A DNA stretch of 64,000 nucleotides from contig NC_043007.1 of NCBI RefSeq assembly GCF_006345805.1, forward strand, positions 5,952,001 through 6,016,000. Direction: 5' to 3'. Within the stretch, counting starts at the first letter, position 1, and each line of letters starts with the position of its first letter. The DNA comes from Octopus sinensis. Lineage: Eukaryota. Both the position numbers and the translations under genes were made by a program. The notes beneath the pieces are model-generated. The model worked only from the letters and a program-made list of their open reading frames with translations. It was not told where the DNA came from and searched no databases. This document shows positions 1-12,700 of this stretch, in pieces.

Positions 1-462
1 ACCAGGCACATGCATCACAACCATATGTGCGCGACATGGTGATCTCATATCAAGATAAACAGCACATGACCTTGCAGGTGGGGCCCAGTTAGAATTTTCT
101 TCAGGTTGAGTAGCCCATCCCGCTCAAACGGTCCCTGAATAAGGGTTGTTTAAGGATGTTGAAAGAACCACCCATGTTTCCAGAGGTGAACTATTCAAAC
201 CCCAAAGAATCCCTCTCAACACATGGCTATGATGCTCCCCCACTACTTCTGCTCGTGATCAGAGATGCACATATCGTCAGCCACTAAGGGACATGCTCAA
301 CTGGTTAAGGTCAAACAACTGACAAGCAAATCTGTGGTATTGAGCAGAATATTTGCTGTAGCCCATCTTTTATACCAAGACAAAACAATGTACATGATAA
401 CACTTCCAATCAGTTAAGATCAGAAGCCATGTGAGCCACTGCCTGGTACTGCATCAGGGCAT
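1..462 (-). mobile_element. Element X copy 1 (non-coding retroposon in (AAT)n; its 3' end lies off the window)
   Basis: Near-identical to 39863-40418 and to the reverse complement of 9047-9515; bordered by an (ATT)n tract at 481-590. Confidence 0.85.
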
Positions 463-478
463 AATTCTGCCCTGATGC

Positions 479-612
<134 letters not shown>

Positions 613-1119
613 AACGATCGATTCAAGATGTTTCAAAATAATTGCTGTGATTAATAATTCTCGCATATTCCATCTTCCATCTTTCATCTGTGATATAATA
701 TATAGATATATATAGTAAATATAAAACACAAAACACTCAACAACGCTTTCTTTCATATTAATTGTACTTCGAGCAGAGTTCTTTCGTCACACTTCTGTAA
801 CCTCATCAATTGTCCTTTGCTTTCTTCTTTCTTTTTTGCGTCGCTCCATCTTAACGACCTGCCATTTTGTATTCCTGTTGTATGTGTCTTTAATTCGCAT
901 GTGTATATCCCTGTGTATGGCTAGGTTCACTAAGTGTGTGTGGGAGGCAGCGTGTATCGAACCTGCATTATCAGTATCCCCTGTTTATTCACGTTCGTTT
1001 AATTTAATTTAATTTAATTTATTTATTTTTTTATCTACTTACTTTCTCATTTCTTTTTTGATTTGCATTTATCTAATTCAATTATTATATTTTGTTTATG
1101 TATATAATTATTTGGGCCT

Positions 1120-1457
1120 TGAGAAACACCGGCGGTTTCCTGAACCCGCATCTGTTTCTAGTCTATATAAACGACATTTCAGGCGTAATAAAGGACAGCA
1201 AAGTGAAAATATTCGCCGACAACTCTAAGCTCCATAAACTTATCAACGGAGAAGACCAAACTGAATTCCAGTCTGATCTACATGCTGGAAGTCAATGAGC
1301 AGACAAAAACAAAATGCAACTAAACGAGAGATAATCTGAGATTATGCACTTTGGAAGAATTACTATGCTAAAACAACCATATTATCTTCCTACAGGTGAC
1401 CCGCTCACAGCGTATGATAATATCAGAGACCTGGGAGTGACTGTTGACAACAACCTC
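1120..1457 (+). mobile_element. CR1/L2-group LINE reverse transcriptase fragment (degraded)
   Basis: LFLVYINDI, VKIFADNSK (FADD motif), DQTEFQSDL, IRDLGVTVDNNL; truncated at the (TA)n tract. Confidence 0.8.
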
Positions 1458-1458
1458 A

Positions 1459-1528
<70 letters not shown>
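1458..1528. repeat. (TA)n microsatellite
   Basis: Direct reading. Confidence 0.95.
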
Positions 1529-1529
<1 letters not shown>

Positions 1530-2549
1530 ACGTATGGGGACTGTGGTGGCCAGATAATATGTTCAACTTCACTAGAATGTTCATTGTGTCATTCAGTAAG
1601 AACTTTAGCTGTGTGAATTGATGCATTATCGTCCTGTCCTGAAAGATTGCGTTCGCATCTAGAAAATTCTCTGAAGCCATAGAATGAATTTGATCAGATA
1701 AAATGCTTAAATAGTCTTGAGTATTAATTCTGCCTTGAAGGGAAACCATTAGGCCGGCAGATTTCCAAGATAGAGCCCCGTCCCAGGTCATCAGAAATCT
1801 TCCTCCATATTTAACTGTTCGAAGATGGCAGTTTGGGTCAAATGATTCTTTTGGCTGTCTCCACATGTAAACTCGGTCGGTGGGCGGAAATAAGGTAAAG
1901 GATGATTCGTCCGAGAAAGTAACATTCTTCCACTGTTCTAGGGATCAATTCTGTAGGCTTTTACTCCACTCTAAACACTTTGCAACATTTGTTTTTGAAA
2001 GTAGTGGTTTCTTGGTTGTAGACCTCGCGTGAAATCCGGCTTTCTGCTGCTCCTGGCGAGCAGTTTTTGTAGAAACAGGGTTCTTGAGACGGTCATTAAG
2101 CTCGGCAGTAATCTTGTGAGCTACGCTTTTGTGAGCTTTTCTGACAATTCGCGGAACATTAAGAAAGTCTGAAAGTTTGGTTTTCTCCCGGAGTTTTGTT
2201 TCGGCAATGATGTTTTTTTCCTCTTTCTCAAAGGCTGCCATTACTTACGAGGCAGTACTTCTTGAGACATCAAACATTTCGGCTGCTTTCGTTATGCTAG
2301 CGCCTGCCATATGGGCACCAACAATTTGACCTCTTTGAAAGTCCGATACATCTGTTATTTTAATTAATTTCAATTACCTTTTCTGATGACATCTCAAAAG
2401 AAACAGCAATTTTAGCAAAAAATATTAAGCAACGCTAATAATAAATAAAAAAAAACATAAAAATAAAGAAGCCTTTGACGGTTTTACAGATATTACCAAA
2501 ATTATGATGCAATGATGCTAGGTGTTTCCACTATTTTGTCCTACACCTG
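1530..2549 (-). mobile_element. Tc1-like DNA transposon, 5' terminus plus degraded transposase, 3' truncated
   Basis: HTH-like segment ITAELNDRLKNPVSTKTAR..KKPLLSKTN; VIFSDESSF-type motif; TVKYGG; terminus TA-CAGGTGTAGGACAAAATAG at 2549. Confidence 0.85.
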
Positions 2550-2639
2550 TATATGTGCAAGCCTAGATAAGTAACTAAAAGCATGAGAATACATGGATAA
2601 AAGGTACGAATCTACTAATACATACATAGAAACATAAAT

Positions 2640-2713
2640 GCATGCATAAAGCATACATACATACATTCATACATTTATACATACATGCATACATACATAC
2701 ATACATACATACA

Positions 2714-2747
<34 letters not shown>

Positions 2748-2790
2748 CATACGTACATACATACATACATATAATACATAAATATATTTC
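2640..2790. repeat. (TACA)n microsatellite
   Basis: Direct reading. Confidence 0.9.
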
Positions 2791-2951
2791 ATAATATATA
2801 TATACATATATTATACTAATTTCAGCACTCAGAGCTGCGATACAGAGGCGTAACACCAAAATACGACGACTCAGTAAGTAAGTACTATTTTCACTACGTT
2901 ATTTACATTATTTACATTCGATGGATATTTGCCCTCATTTTGTTTGTTGTT

Positions 2952-2997
2952 AACACAACGTTTCAACTGATATACCATCCAGCCATCATCAGGTGTC
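2952..2997 (-). ncRNA. Minimal type I hammerhead ribozyme motif (Penelope-like type), partly degenerate
   Basis: GACAC-CUGAUGA-u-GGCUG/CAGUU stem II-GAAAC-GUU-GUGUU; palindromic AACGUU at helix III. Confidence 0.6.
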
Positions 2998-3049
2998 TTG
3001 AGGGAATTTCGAACGTGGGTTCTCATTCCTAAGGTATTTTTCGATGTTG

Positions 3050-3052
3050 TTG

Positions 3053-3131
<79 letters not shown>

Positions 3132-3185
3132 CATTATTATCATTACTATTATCATCATCATTATTATTAGTAGTAGTAGTAGTGC
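3050..3185. repeat. (ATT)n/(ATC)n/(AGT)n microsatellite
   Basis: Direct reading. Confidence 0.9.
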
Positions 3186-3491
3186 TAATAGTATTAACAT
3201 CCGTTTTCGCCGTACTCCGGGCTTCCTCGGAAGCGGGGTGGTTCGTATCCTGGTTTATGCTGGTTACACTGTTAGTCGTACGGGTGTGCTACATGTGCTG
3301 TCCCGTTCGGTGTTAGTGTTGCCGCTGCATTGACTTTATGCTATGATTATACATATTTAGGTTGTAAGAATTAAGTTTTCGCTGATTCGATGAAGTAACA
3401 ACAGATTCTATTTTGGGCGGAGAGGAGGAGGATTCTTTCTGAGTAGATTTATTGACGATTGAATGCTAAATATTAACTAAACACCAAATAT

Positions 3492-3544
<53 letters not shown>

Positions 3545-4139
3545 GTGTGTGTATGTATGTACGTATGTGCATGTGTGTGTAGGAGGAGGAGAAGAAGAGA
3601 GTAGAAGAAAAAGAAGGTGGAGGAGGAGGGAGAAGAAGAGGGGGATAGGAGAAAGGATGAAAAGGGAAAAGAACGAGAAAGCGAGAACGAATACTTGGAA
3701 GGGAGAAGACGTGTAATGTGGGGAATAAGGAGAGCGATCCTACAATCGCCAGGATCAAATTACAACGGACAAGTGAAAAGGAAATCAGAAAATAGAAATA
3801 ATACTTCACCAACAGATGATGTGCCTAGTGAGCAAAGAGAAATTAATGGATGGCGGTAGTGAAGGCGTAGAGCAAAGGGATCACATTCGGGTTTACTTTG
3901 CACTATGTTAGTCCGACTGCTTTGGGTTGTACTGGAGATCATCAGGAAGTGGGTGCTTCCTGAAGGGTTTACTGCCGACACCTAGGATATTGTCCCCTTC
4001 GTTCTTTCAGCACAAGGTTTATGCATGCATTTTTGCTGCTGTTGTTTAACAGGGGCACTCTGAGGGAAAATGATTAAATGAGTGAGAGAGTAAAAGAAGA
4101 AGAGAGAGAGAGTGAGAGAGAGAGAGAGAGACGGTCTAC

Positions 4140-4400
4140 GGCCATTCGAACGCCATCTGCACTGATCTCAAGCCTCGACCACGTTTCTCTCTATCACTGT
4201 TTCTGTGTAAGTTTCCTGTTGATGTCCTGTTTAATGTCTCTGCAAAGGATTTTCTTTACAGACCAGTCAACTATCCCCAATGCTGGTGTATCATTACTCA
4301 TACTGCAGATCTCCTCCCGGATACTCTTATCCGCCTACTTTATTTTTTCTAAGTCAGACGTAATATTCTCCAGCCATTTTGTCTTTATCCATAACACCTT
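4140..4400 (-). mobile_element. Ancient Dong/R4-like RT C-terminal fragment
   Basis: Frameshifted peptides ALGIVDWSVKKI, TSTGNLHRNSD, RGRGLRSVQMAFE resemble the post-RT region of the Dong copies. Confidence 0.55.
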
Positions 4401-5079
4401 TGTTTAGGTTTTCATCAATGCCTAGATTTTTGTAGCATTGATAGAGAGAAACTGTTGATGAACAGGTTTTGAGTCTGGGAGACTGAATTTCCACGTTCAA
4501 AAATCAAATGTGAACATTCCTTTCTACCAAAATTCATTTATTTCTGTTTCTCAGTGAAAATGTTAACTTCAACTGTTTTTATGACAACGTAAATATTTTA
4601 GCATAAACCTTCAGCCCATCTACAAAGAATTTATGGGTTGCGTTGGTAAGTCTTGTAGTTGCAGACCCTCGGATGTGGCCATTCGATTTTTGAAGCAGAA
4701 ATGATAAGATATGCATATGTTTATATAAATTCAATTTTTGCCACTAATTATGTTTCTTTTATTTTTCCTTTCAACAGCTTTTACACCCCCTTCTCCGGAG
4801 GGTGGACTCAATCACTTTCAGTTCTTGCTGTATCCACAAATACCCGATATTATCAAGTATCGCTCAATTCGACGATTGGATATGGCTACCTTTGAAAGAG
4901 AGAACAACATAAAGCATATAATGAGCTTTCAATACACCATTTCTCTACCAGATTCTCCAACACCTACTGCAGAGGAAGCATCAACAGCTTCTGATCTGAT
5001 CAACCAGAGAATTAGTTCTTTATTTATTTTAATTCTAACATATTTTGCCCTGATACTATACTAATTAATCTACCGAAGA

Positions 5080-5138
<59 letters not shown>

Positions 5139-5284
5139 TCCTGCAATGCGCCATAAAGTTAAGCCCTTTATAGACGAGAAACCTAAGGTAATCCCATAAA
5201 CGAGCCTTCCCCATTTTTAATATGTACTGCTCTAAATCTTGGAGTGTGCTTCTATTTTCGGATTAATATTTTTAACAAACGATA

Positions 5285-5379
<95 letters not shown>

Positions 5380-5390
5380 ATATATATGAA
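5080..5390. repeat. Two (TA)n tracts
   Basis: Direct reading. Confidence 0.9.
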
Positions 5391-5689
5391 CAATAAAACA
5401 ACAAATAAACAATAAAGTGTTATATCTTCTTTCAATGTTCCCATTTTCATTTCCTGTTTTCTTTTCACCCGAACAAGTAAAGTGTGTGTAGGCAATGTGT
5501 TCTGTTGTTATATATTCTTATATTGCACTCTCTCCTAATCCTTCTTTCTCTATACTGAGTCCTGCGCTCCTTTACGTATTTCTCTGCATTTTTTTTCCTT
5601 CATTCATTTTCATTTGCAAATCCTTTTATTCCAGAGATAATTTATTAACTGTCAGAACTACGAAGGGGTCTGATGTCAGAACTGTAACG

Positions 5690-6060
5690 CGGGGTGTTGG
5701 CAGAATCGTCAGCAGCCCCCGGGATAAAAATCGTTTAGCAGCATATTCTCTGTTGTACGTTCTGAGTTCAAACACCACCGAGGCCGAGTTTTCCTTTAAT
5801 TCTTTCAGTGGGGAGGAACAGAATCTTCTAGTTGAGCACTGGAACTGATGTGATCGACTACACCGCTTCTCCGTAATTTCGGGTCTTGTGCCTTATAGTT
5901 AAATGCATTATTTATATTGCATGCTGGCAGAACCGTGAGCTCACCGAACAAAATGATTGACGGCATTTCGTCCGTCTGTTCCTTCTGGGTGTCCACCGAG
6001 GTTGACTTTGCCTTTTATCTTCTTAGTGTCAAGGAAATAACTTCCAGTTGAGCGTCGATA
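5690..6060 (+). mobile_element. Degenerate SINE fragments
   Basis: GGCAGAATCG..., GTACGTTCTGAGTTCAAA, GAGGTTGACTTTGCCTTT match the SINE at 34179-34390 and 54775-55015. Confidence 0.55.
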
Positions 6061-7152
6061 AGTTCCCGCCTCTACCATATTTCTGAGTAGATTCTGTGTC
6101 TACAGTAGAGAGGACTCTCTGTCAGAATTCATTTTTCAGACAGGCATCAATTCTTTTCTCGACGGGTTTTCATACCTCTAGTTTTAGTGTTCCTTTTCCC
6201 CACTTCACATTTTACGCTCTTAACAAAACACTGTATAAACACTACTCAAACACACAATCAGTCCAATCATTGCATGAATGGACCCACAACTAAAACCCAA
6301 CACGGCGACTTTCATACTAGCGGCACAACACCCATTACTTAACTTGAGGGAAGAGTGAAACCTAGCTTGCCTGCACAATGGTAAGTTTACCTTCTCCATT
6401 TATAAATAACATTAGAGACCCTTTGCATCTACCATCCCCATAAGTAGCACCAGAGCTCTTCACCACAGAAATGGCAGATTTCGATACTAAATGATGGCAT
6501 ATATTAACTTGCAAATTACAGCTAGTTTAATAGTTTTACACACCTAGGTTCCTTATAGGTAATCCCTACACCAACATCTCCGTGTTTAAATTCCACCTCT
6601 ACACATAATAACTAAAAGCATAATATATTTATTAATCTATTTCTCTTTAATGTAATCTTCTCACCCCTTTGATAATGGCAGTTCTTTCAACTATGAGCCT
6701 AATCTATAATACAGAGGGCATAGATACTCAATCCCCCACAATTAATACCACCCCCTAAGAGTGCCTGCACTTGCCAACTCAGCAATGGATTTATTTACAA
6801 CTAACTTTAACTTTACTTTCTAAACCATGTGTCAGCTTGTTTGAATTAATTTAATTTCATTCTGGGCCTAACTATCAGTCAGCACATGAGTCTACTTGTA
6901 TTGATGACCCCGTTAGATTTACACATTAAGAAACCCCTACCACGTATAACATAATTTAACAACTTTAATATTAACTGCACACCTCATTAGATTGTGCTTG
7001 CTTATGCTTCGACCTGCAGCAGGCGCTTTCCTATGAACTGTTATTAACCCTTAGGCATATTTTTGTTTGAAGGGAAGTGTAATTCTGTGGTAGATCCCAT
7101 ATGGATGCACTCAAGCAGGGGTTGATATATCGACAAGGTTAGCAATATTAAC

Positions 7153-7193
<41 letters not shown>

Positions 7194-7197
<4 letters not shown>

Positions 7198-9021
7198 GAG
7201 GGACTCATGAAAACCAAAGACATCCCCATTAGAAGAGGAATATTCCAGGGAGACACGCTCTCTCCACTCCTTTTCTGCTTGGCACTGTCACCTCTATCTG
7301 ATATGCTAAATAGAACTGGATGCGGATATAAATGTTACGGCAAAACGATCAGCCACCTTTTATATATGGATGACCTAAAACTATACGCTGCAAATGACAA
7401 ACAGCTGGAAACACTATTAAAGACAGTTCATGGATTTACCAAAGAAATAGATATGAAATTTGGATTAGAAAAATGCGCCAAAGTAACCATGAAAAGAGGA
7501 AATCTAGTTAAGAGTAACAACATCACACTAGATAAAACCAATGAAATAAAAGAATTAGACCAAAGCCAAACTTACAAATACTTAGGAATCCATGAACTAG
7601 ATAAGACACAACACACACAAATGAAAGAGAAAATAAAAAAAGAATATTATAGACGAGTTAGATCAATACTAAAAACAGAGCTCAATGCTAAAAACAAGAT
7701 AACAGGTATCAACACTTTAGCTGTCCCAGTTATAAGTTACAGCTACAATATCCTTAACTGGACACGAAATGAACTGTCCAAAATAGATAGGAAAACAAGA
7801 AAAATACTGACAGGATCTAGGATGCATCACCCAAAATCTGACATAGAAAGACTATATATACAACGTATAGAAGGTGGTAGAGGCCTTATACAGCTGGAAA
7901 ACTACTATAAAATAACCACCATAGGACTGCAAAAATACCTACTTCAGAAGGAAGGAAAACTGATCCAGATAGCAGCAAAACACGAGCAAAACAAAAACTG
8001 TTCTCAGTATTTAAGGAAGCTGACAAATACAAACAAGAAATCATACCACCTAATAAACACAAAGAAGAAGTAGAAGATGATGAAGAAACAACAAAAGCTA
8101 TAAAACAAATGAAATCCAAACTAAAAATAGAACAGCAACGAGCCATGATAAAACGATGGCAAGAAAAGCCCCTTCATGGTAAATACTGCACTAAACTAAA
8201 CGCAAAAGAAATAGACAAAGAAAAATCCCAGCAATGGTTGAGAAGCTCAGGACTCAAAGCAGAAACAGAGGGATTTTTAATTGCAGCACAAGACCAAAGC
8301 CTCCCCACCAGAAATTACCAAAAACATGTAATGAAAAGAAATATTACAAGTAACTGCAGAATATGTGGAGATGGACAAGAAACAATAAATCATATTATCT
8401 CTAGCTGCCCAGTCCCGGCTAAGAAGGAATATATTCACAGACATGACAGAGTTGGAACCTACATACATTGGAAGCTATGCCAACATTATGGAATAACAAC
8501 ACAAAAAAGATGTTATAGGCACACACCAGAAAAGGTCACAGAAAACGAGAAAGCAACCATACTCTGGGATATGCCGATACACACAGATAGAGAAATTAAG
8601 GCCAACAGACCAGATATAGTTGTCAGAGATCAGGAAGAAAAAAAATGCTTTCTAATTGATGTATCAATACCGGCAGATGACAACGTGTCTCTAAAAGAAA
8701 TGGAGAAACTCTCAAAATACAAAGACCTGGAAATAGAGGTAACTAGAATGTGGAACCTGAAAACAGAAACAATTCCTATCATAGTAGGTGCATTAGGCAT
8801 GATAAAAAAATATTCAGACAAATACATAACAAAAACACCAGGACTTACAAACACATATATCATACAGAAAATTGCACTACTAGGCACTGCACACATCCTA
8901 CGCAGAACACTTTCCATACAATAACCATCAGAGCATCACAACAAATCACAGCACATACCCAAGGCACACAGAGCTGCGCTCGGTAGTGAAGTGAAAGCAC
9001 GCTATAAAATTAAAACTACTG
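7194..9021 (+). mobile_element. Dong/R4 non-LTR retrotransposon family A, 5'-truncated
   Basis: ORFs 7207-8073 (FQGDTLSP, YMDD) and 8109-8924 (CCHC C-R-I-C..H..C; RPDIVV..D..K RLE), one frameshift; 3' UTR ends ACTACTG then (AAT)n; (AAT)n on both sides. Confidence 0.95.
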
Positions 9022-9046
9022 AACAATAATAATAATAATAATAATA

Positions 9047-9515
9047 ATAAAAAGATGGGCTACAGCAAATATTCTGCTCAATACCACAGATTTGCTTGTC
9101 AGTTGTTTGACCTTAACCAGTTGAGCATGTCCCTTAGTGGCTGACGATATGTACATCTCTGATCACGAGCAGAAGTAGTGGGGGAGCATCATAGCCATGT
9201 GTTGAGAGGGATTCTTTGAGGTTTGAATAATTCACCTCTGGAAACATGGGTGGTTCTTTCAACATCCTTAAACAACCCTTATTCAGGGACCGTTTGAGCG
9301 GGATGGGCTACTCAACCTGAAGAAAATTCTAACTGGGCCCCACCTTGCAAGGTCATGTGCTGTTTATCTTGATATGAGATCACCATGTCGCGCACATATG
9401 GTTGTGATGCATGTGCCTGGTGTACCCTTATCAGACGGGTAGTTATGATGGGTATATTGGGCTTCGTATATTTTACCCCAGTGTCACTTTGATGGCATGC
9501 ACTGCTCTCTCACTC
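9047..9515 (+). mobile_element. Element X copy 2, 5'-truncated by ~90 bp
   Basis: Reverse complement of 39863-40418 lacking its first ~90 nt; ends CTCTCTCACTC then (AAT)n. Confidence 0.85.
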
Positions 9516-9552
9516 AATAATAATAATAATAATAATAATAATGATAATAATG

Positions 9553-9583
<31 letters not shown>

Positions 9584-9600
9584 TAATAATGATAATAATG

Positions 9601-9667
<67 letters not shown>

Positions 9668-9704
9668 TAATAATGATAATAATAATAATGATAATAATAA
9701 TAAT

Positions 9705-9757
<53 letters not shown>
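9516..9757. repeat. (AAT)n/(GAT) microsatellite spacer
   Basis: Direct reading. Confidence 0.95.
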
Positions 9758-12700
9758 GCTCCCCACGAGCGAACCAAAGCTAAAAAATGATAACATTATC
9801 GTAGCACCAAAATGTTTTTGGAAACTAAAAGGAAAACTAAATCAGTATACCAAATCGCTTGTCCTATGGTTAATCTGGAAGCGCGTCCCCCAGGGAAGAG
9901 CCAGCCTGGGACCGAAAATCATCAACTGGCACAAACTCTTCTCCGAATACGGACATGGATGGTCACTTGAACGGGAAATCCCCCAACTCGAGCCCTCCAA
10001 GTTCACCACCACAACCACCACAGAAAGAAAAATGTAAGCGGAACAAATGGACCCGAGAAGAGTATAAAGAAGTAATATACGCTTATTACTATGCATTAGG
10101 TAGGCCATCTCAAGAGAGACACACCGCAAACTCTTACAGTATATGGAGAACACGGAATCAAGACAGTAGGCCCTATTTGGACGAGAACAAATTAGCAAAT
10201 GTGAGGAGGGATATCCTTAGAAATAACAGACTCACAGACAGTGAAATAAGCGCGATCAAGCACGCAACGGAAAATGACATAAATATAAGACACAAAGGAA
10301 ATGAAGAATCAGATGAACAGTATAGCCCGCCACGAGGCTTAATTGAAAGACTGCCATCTGACCAAAGTACGCAAAGGCCTGAAGATACAAGAAATTCTAT
10401 TATACCTGTTAAAGATAGCCAGGAAAACGAAAACACAACAGTAACTGAAGATCTCGCATTTGCTGAAGAACACAGAGAGTCTATGGCAGAAATGAGGCAG
10501 AAAATCCTGAATACACTTGAAGTTGTAAGACATACAAGTATGAATGATAGAGAACCACTTCATAAACTCTCAAATACAAACCAAAATAAAAAAACAAATC
10601 CAAATTGGCAACTATGTAACAAATGAAATAATACGAGAATTAAAACCTGATTTTACTGAGTTAAATGAAATTATTTACGCTTCTGCTAGGGCAATTGAAA
10701 CCAGCTGTATGCCCCCGAAAAAACAAAGAAAACAAAACCTGGGAAGAAATCAAACCTGGAGAAGTAAAATTGAAAAAGATTGAATTTATGAGAGGGGAAA
10801 TATCAATATTAAATGAACTAATATGTGGAAATGATGTAAGATCCAGAACAGGAAGAAAGATGAAGAGAAAATTTGGATCCTCACCAAGAGAAGAACTGAT
10901 ATCAATAAAAGAAACGCTGAAACAAAAAGTCCAAGCAAAAGCCCAAAGAATACGAAGATTTGAGAAGAGAAACAAGTTTTACAAGCAAAATAAGCTGTTC
11001 ACATCCAATGCCAAAAACTTCTACAGAGAAATAGGGAAGGAGAAAGTAACCGTTAAAGACCCCCCTCTCAAGGAAGAAGTTCAAAACTTTTGGAAAAGTA
11101 TTTGGAGTGACAAGAAGACGTACAAAATAAATGCAGACTGGATTATACAAACTGAAGGATCCTACCAAAATTTACAACAACAAGCATGGGAAGACATCAC
11201 AATAACAGACCTAAGAAAGGCACTCACGAAGGCCCATAATTGGAAATCCCCCGGTAAAGATAGGGTGCCGAATTTCTGGCTCGCATCGCTCCCATGCGCA
11301 CACGGTAAGCTAGTTCAGCTGCTCAATGGAATTATGAGAGACCCAAAGAAAACACCTGAATGGTTAGCAAGTGGCATTACTTACCTACTCCCAAAGAATA
11401 ACGAAACCAACCTTCCAAAAAACTATCGGCCTATAACCTGTCTATCCACCACGTATAAAATCCTAACATCTATCCTGGCGGAGAAAACATATGCATTCAT
11501 GGAGAAGAACGATATTTTCCCCATTGAACATAAAGGGTGCCGCCGAGGCTCTTACGGATGCAAAGATCAACTGCTAATCAATCGTATGATCCTTGAGAAC
11601 TGTCACAACAAGCGCAGAAATCTCAGCACCGCATGGATTGACTATAAAAAGGCCTTCGACAGTATACCGCATCCATGGATCTTGAGATCGCTGGACATCT
11701 TCAAAATTTCCCCTGTGATTTCAAACTTCCTGAAGCACAATATGTCGTTGTGGAATACGAATCTCCAATTATACCACTCTAATGGAGTACTTGCCTCAGA
11801 AAATATAAACATCAACTGTGGAATTTTTCAAGGTGACTCACTTTCACCTTTAATATTCTGCATAGCCCTAATACCCCTTACAAGTGAATTAAACAGAACA
11901 GGGTATGGGTATAAAATTGCCAATAAAAAAATAAGCCATCTATTTTATATGGATGACTTAAAACTTTATGGTAAAAAACAATAATGAACTTGAAGGCCTA
12001 TTGTGCACTGTGAAAGCATTCAGCGATGACATCGGGATGGAGTTTGGACTTGAGAAGTGTGCCAAGGCCACTTTCCAGAAAGGGAAAGTGAAGACCACAA
12101 ATTCAGTCGTGTTAGATGTTGACACAGTCATAAGTGAGCTTGAGCAAGAACAAACATACAAATATTTAGGGATAAATGAAGGCTCTGGTATTCAGCATGC
12201 AAGCATGAAAGAGAAGATCAGGTAGGAATGTTATAGGAGAGTTCGTGCAGTCCTGAAATCTGAACTAAATGCACGTAACAAGGTGTTAGCTATAAATTCC
12301 TTAGCAGTTCCAGTTGTTACTTATAGCTACAATGTGTTGAACTGGAATATGAGTGAAGTAAAGAATATAGATAGAAAAATACGCAAGCTGCTGAGTTGTA
12401 ATAGGATGCACCACCCAAAGGCAGACGTAGATCGCCTTTACCTTCCCAGAGCCCAAGGAGGTCGAGACCTGATCCAATTTGAACTAGCTTACAAAACAAC
12501 CACAATTGGACTGGCCAAATATCTCGAAATATCGAATGACTGGATGCTAAAGCTCGTGGACAATCACGAGAGATGAAAGAAGCTTCATTCTATTATAAAG
12601 GAAAGCAAAAAATTTGCTATTGATCTCGTGCAGGATACCCAAACAGAACAACCCGAGGGAAGTACGGCAATTATTGTTGCAAAGAAGGTGAAAATAATGG

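Larger units (their letters stand above)
3883..6310 (+). repeat. Left arm of a ~2.4-kb inverted duplication (partner 41791-44146)
   Basis: Colinear reverse-complement match, including an old R4-like fragment, the (TA)n tract, SINE pieces and the mirrored ORF 6096-6293 / 41808-42005. Confidence 0.9.

Noticed and set aside
2384-2410. CTGATGA...GAAAC hammerhead-like words
   Set aside because: No helix II or helix I pairing; lies in the Tc1 5' region
3195-3236. Minus-strand CCGAGGA-GCC/GGC-GAAAA motif
   Set aside because: Core mutated, with no NUH triplet or helix I that I can pair; at most a dead relic
6311-7140. Unassigned 830-bp non-repetitive stretch with a donor-like ATG/GTAAGT at ~6378
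   Set aside because: No ORF, acceptor or family motif to support a call
9758-9800. HDV-like ribozyme at the Dong B 5' end (GCT-CCCCACG-AGC resembles P3/L3)
   Set aside because: No P1, P2 or P1.1 partners found by eye; needs an RNArobo/Infernal scan
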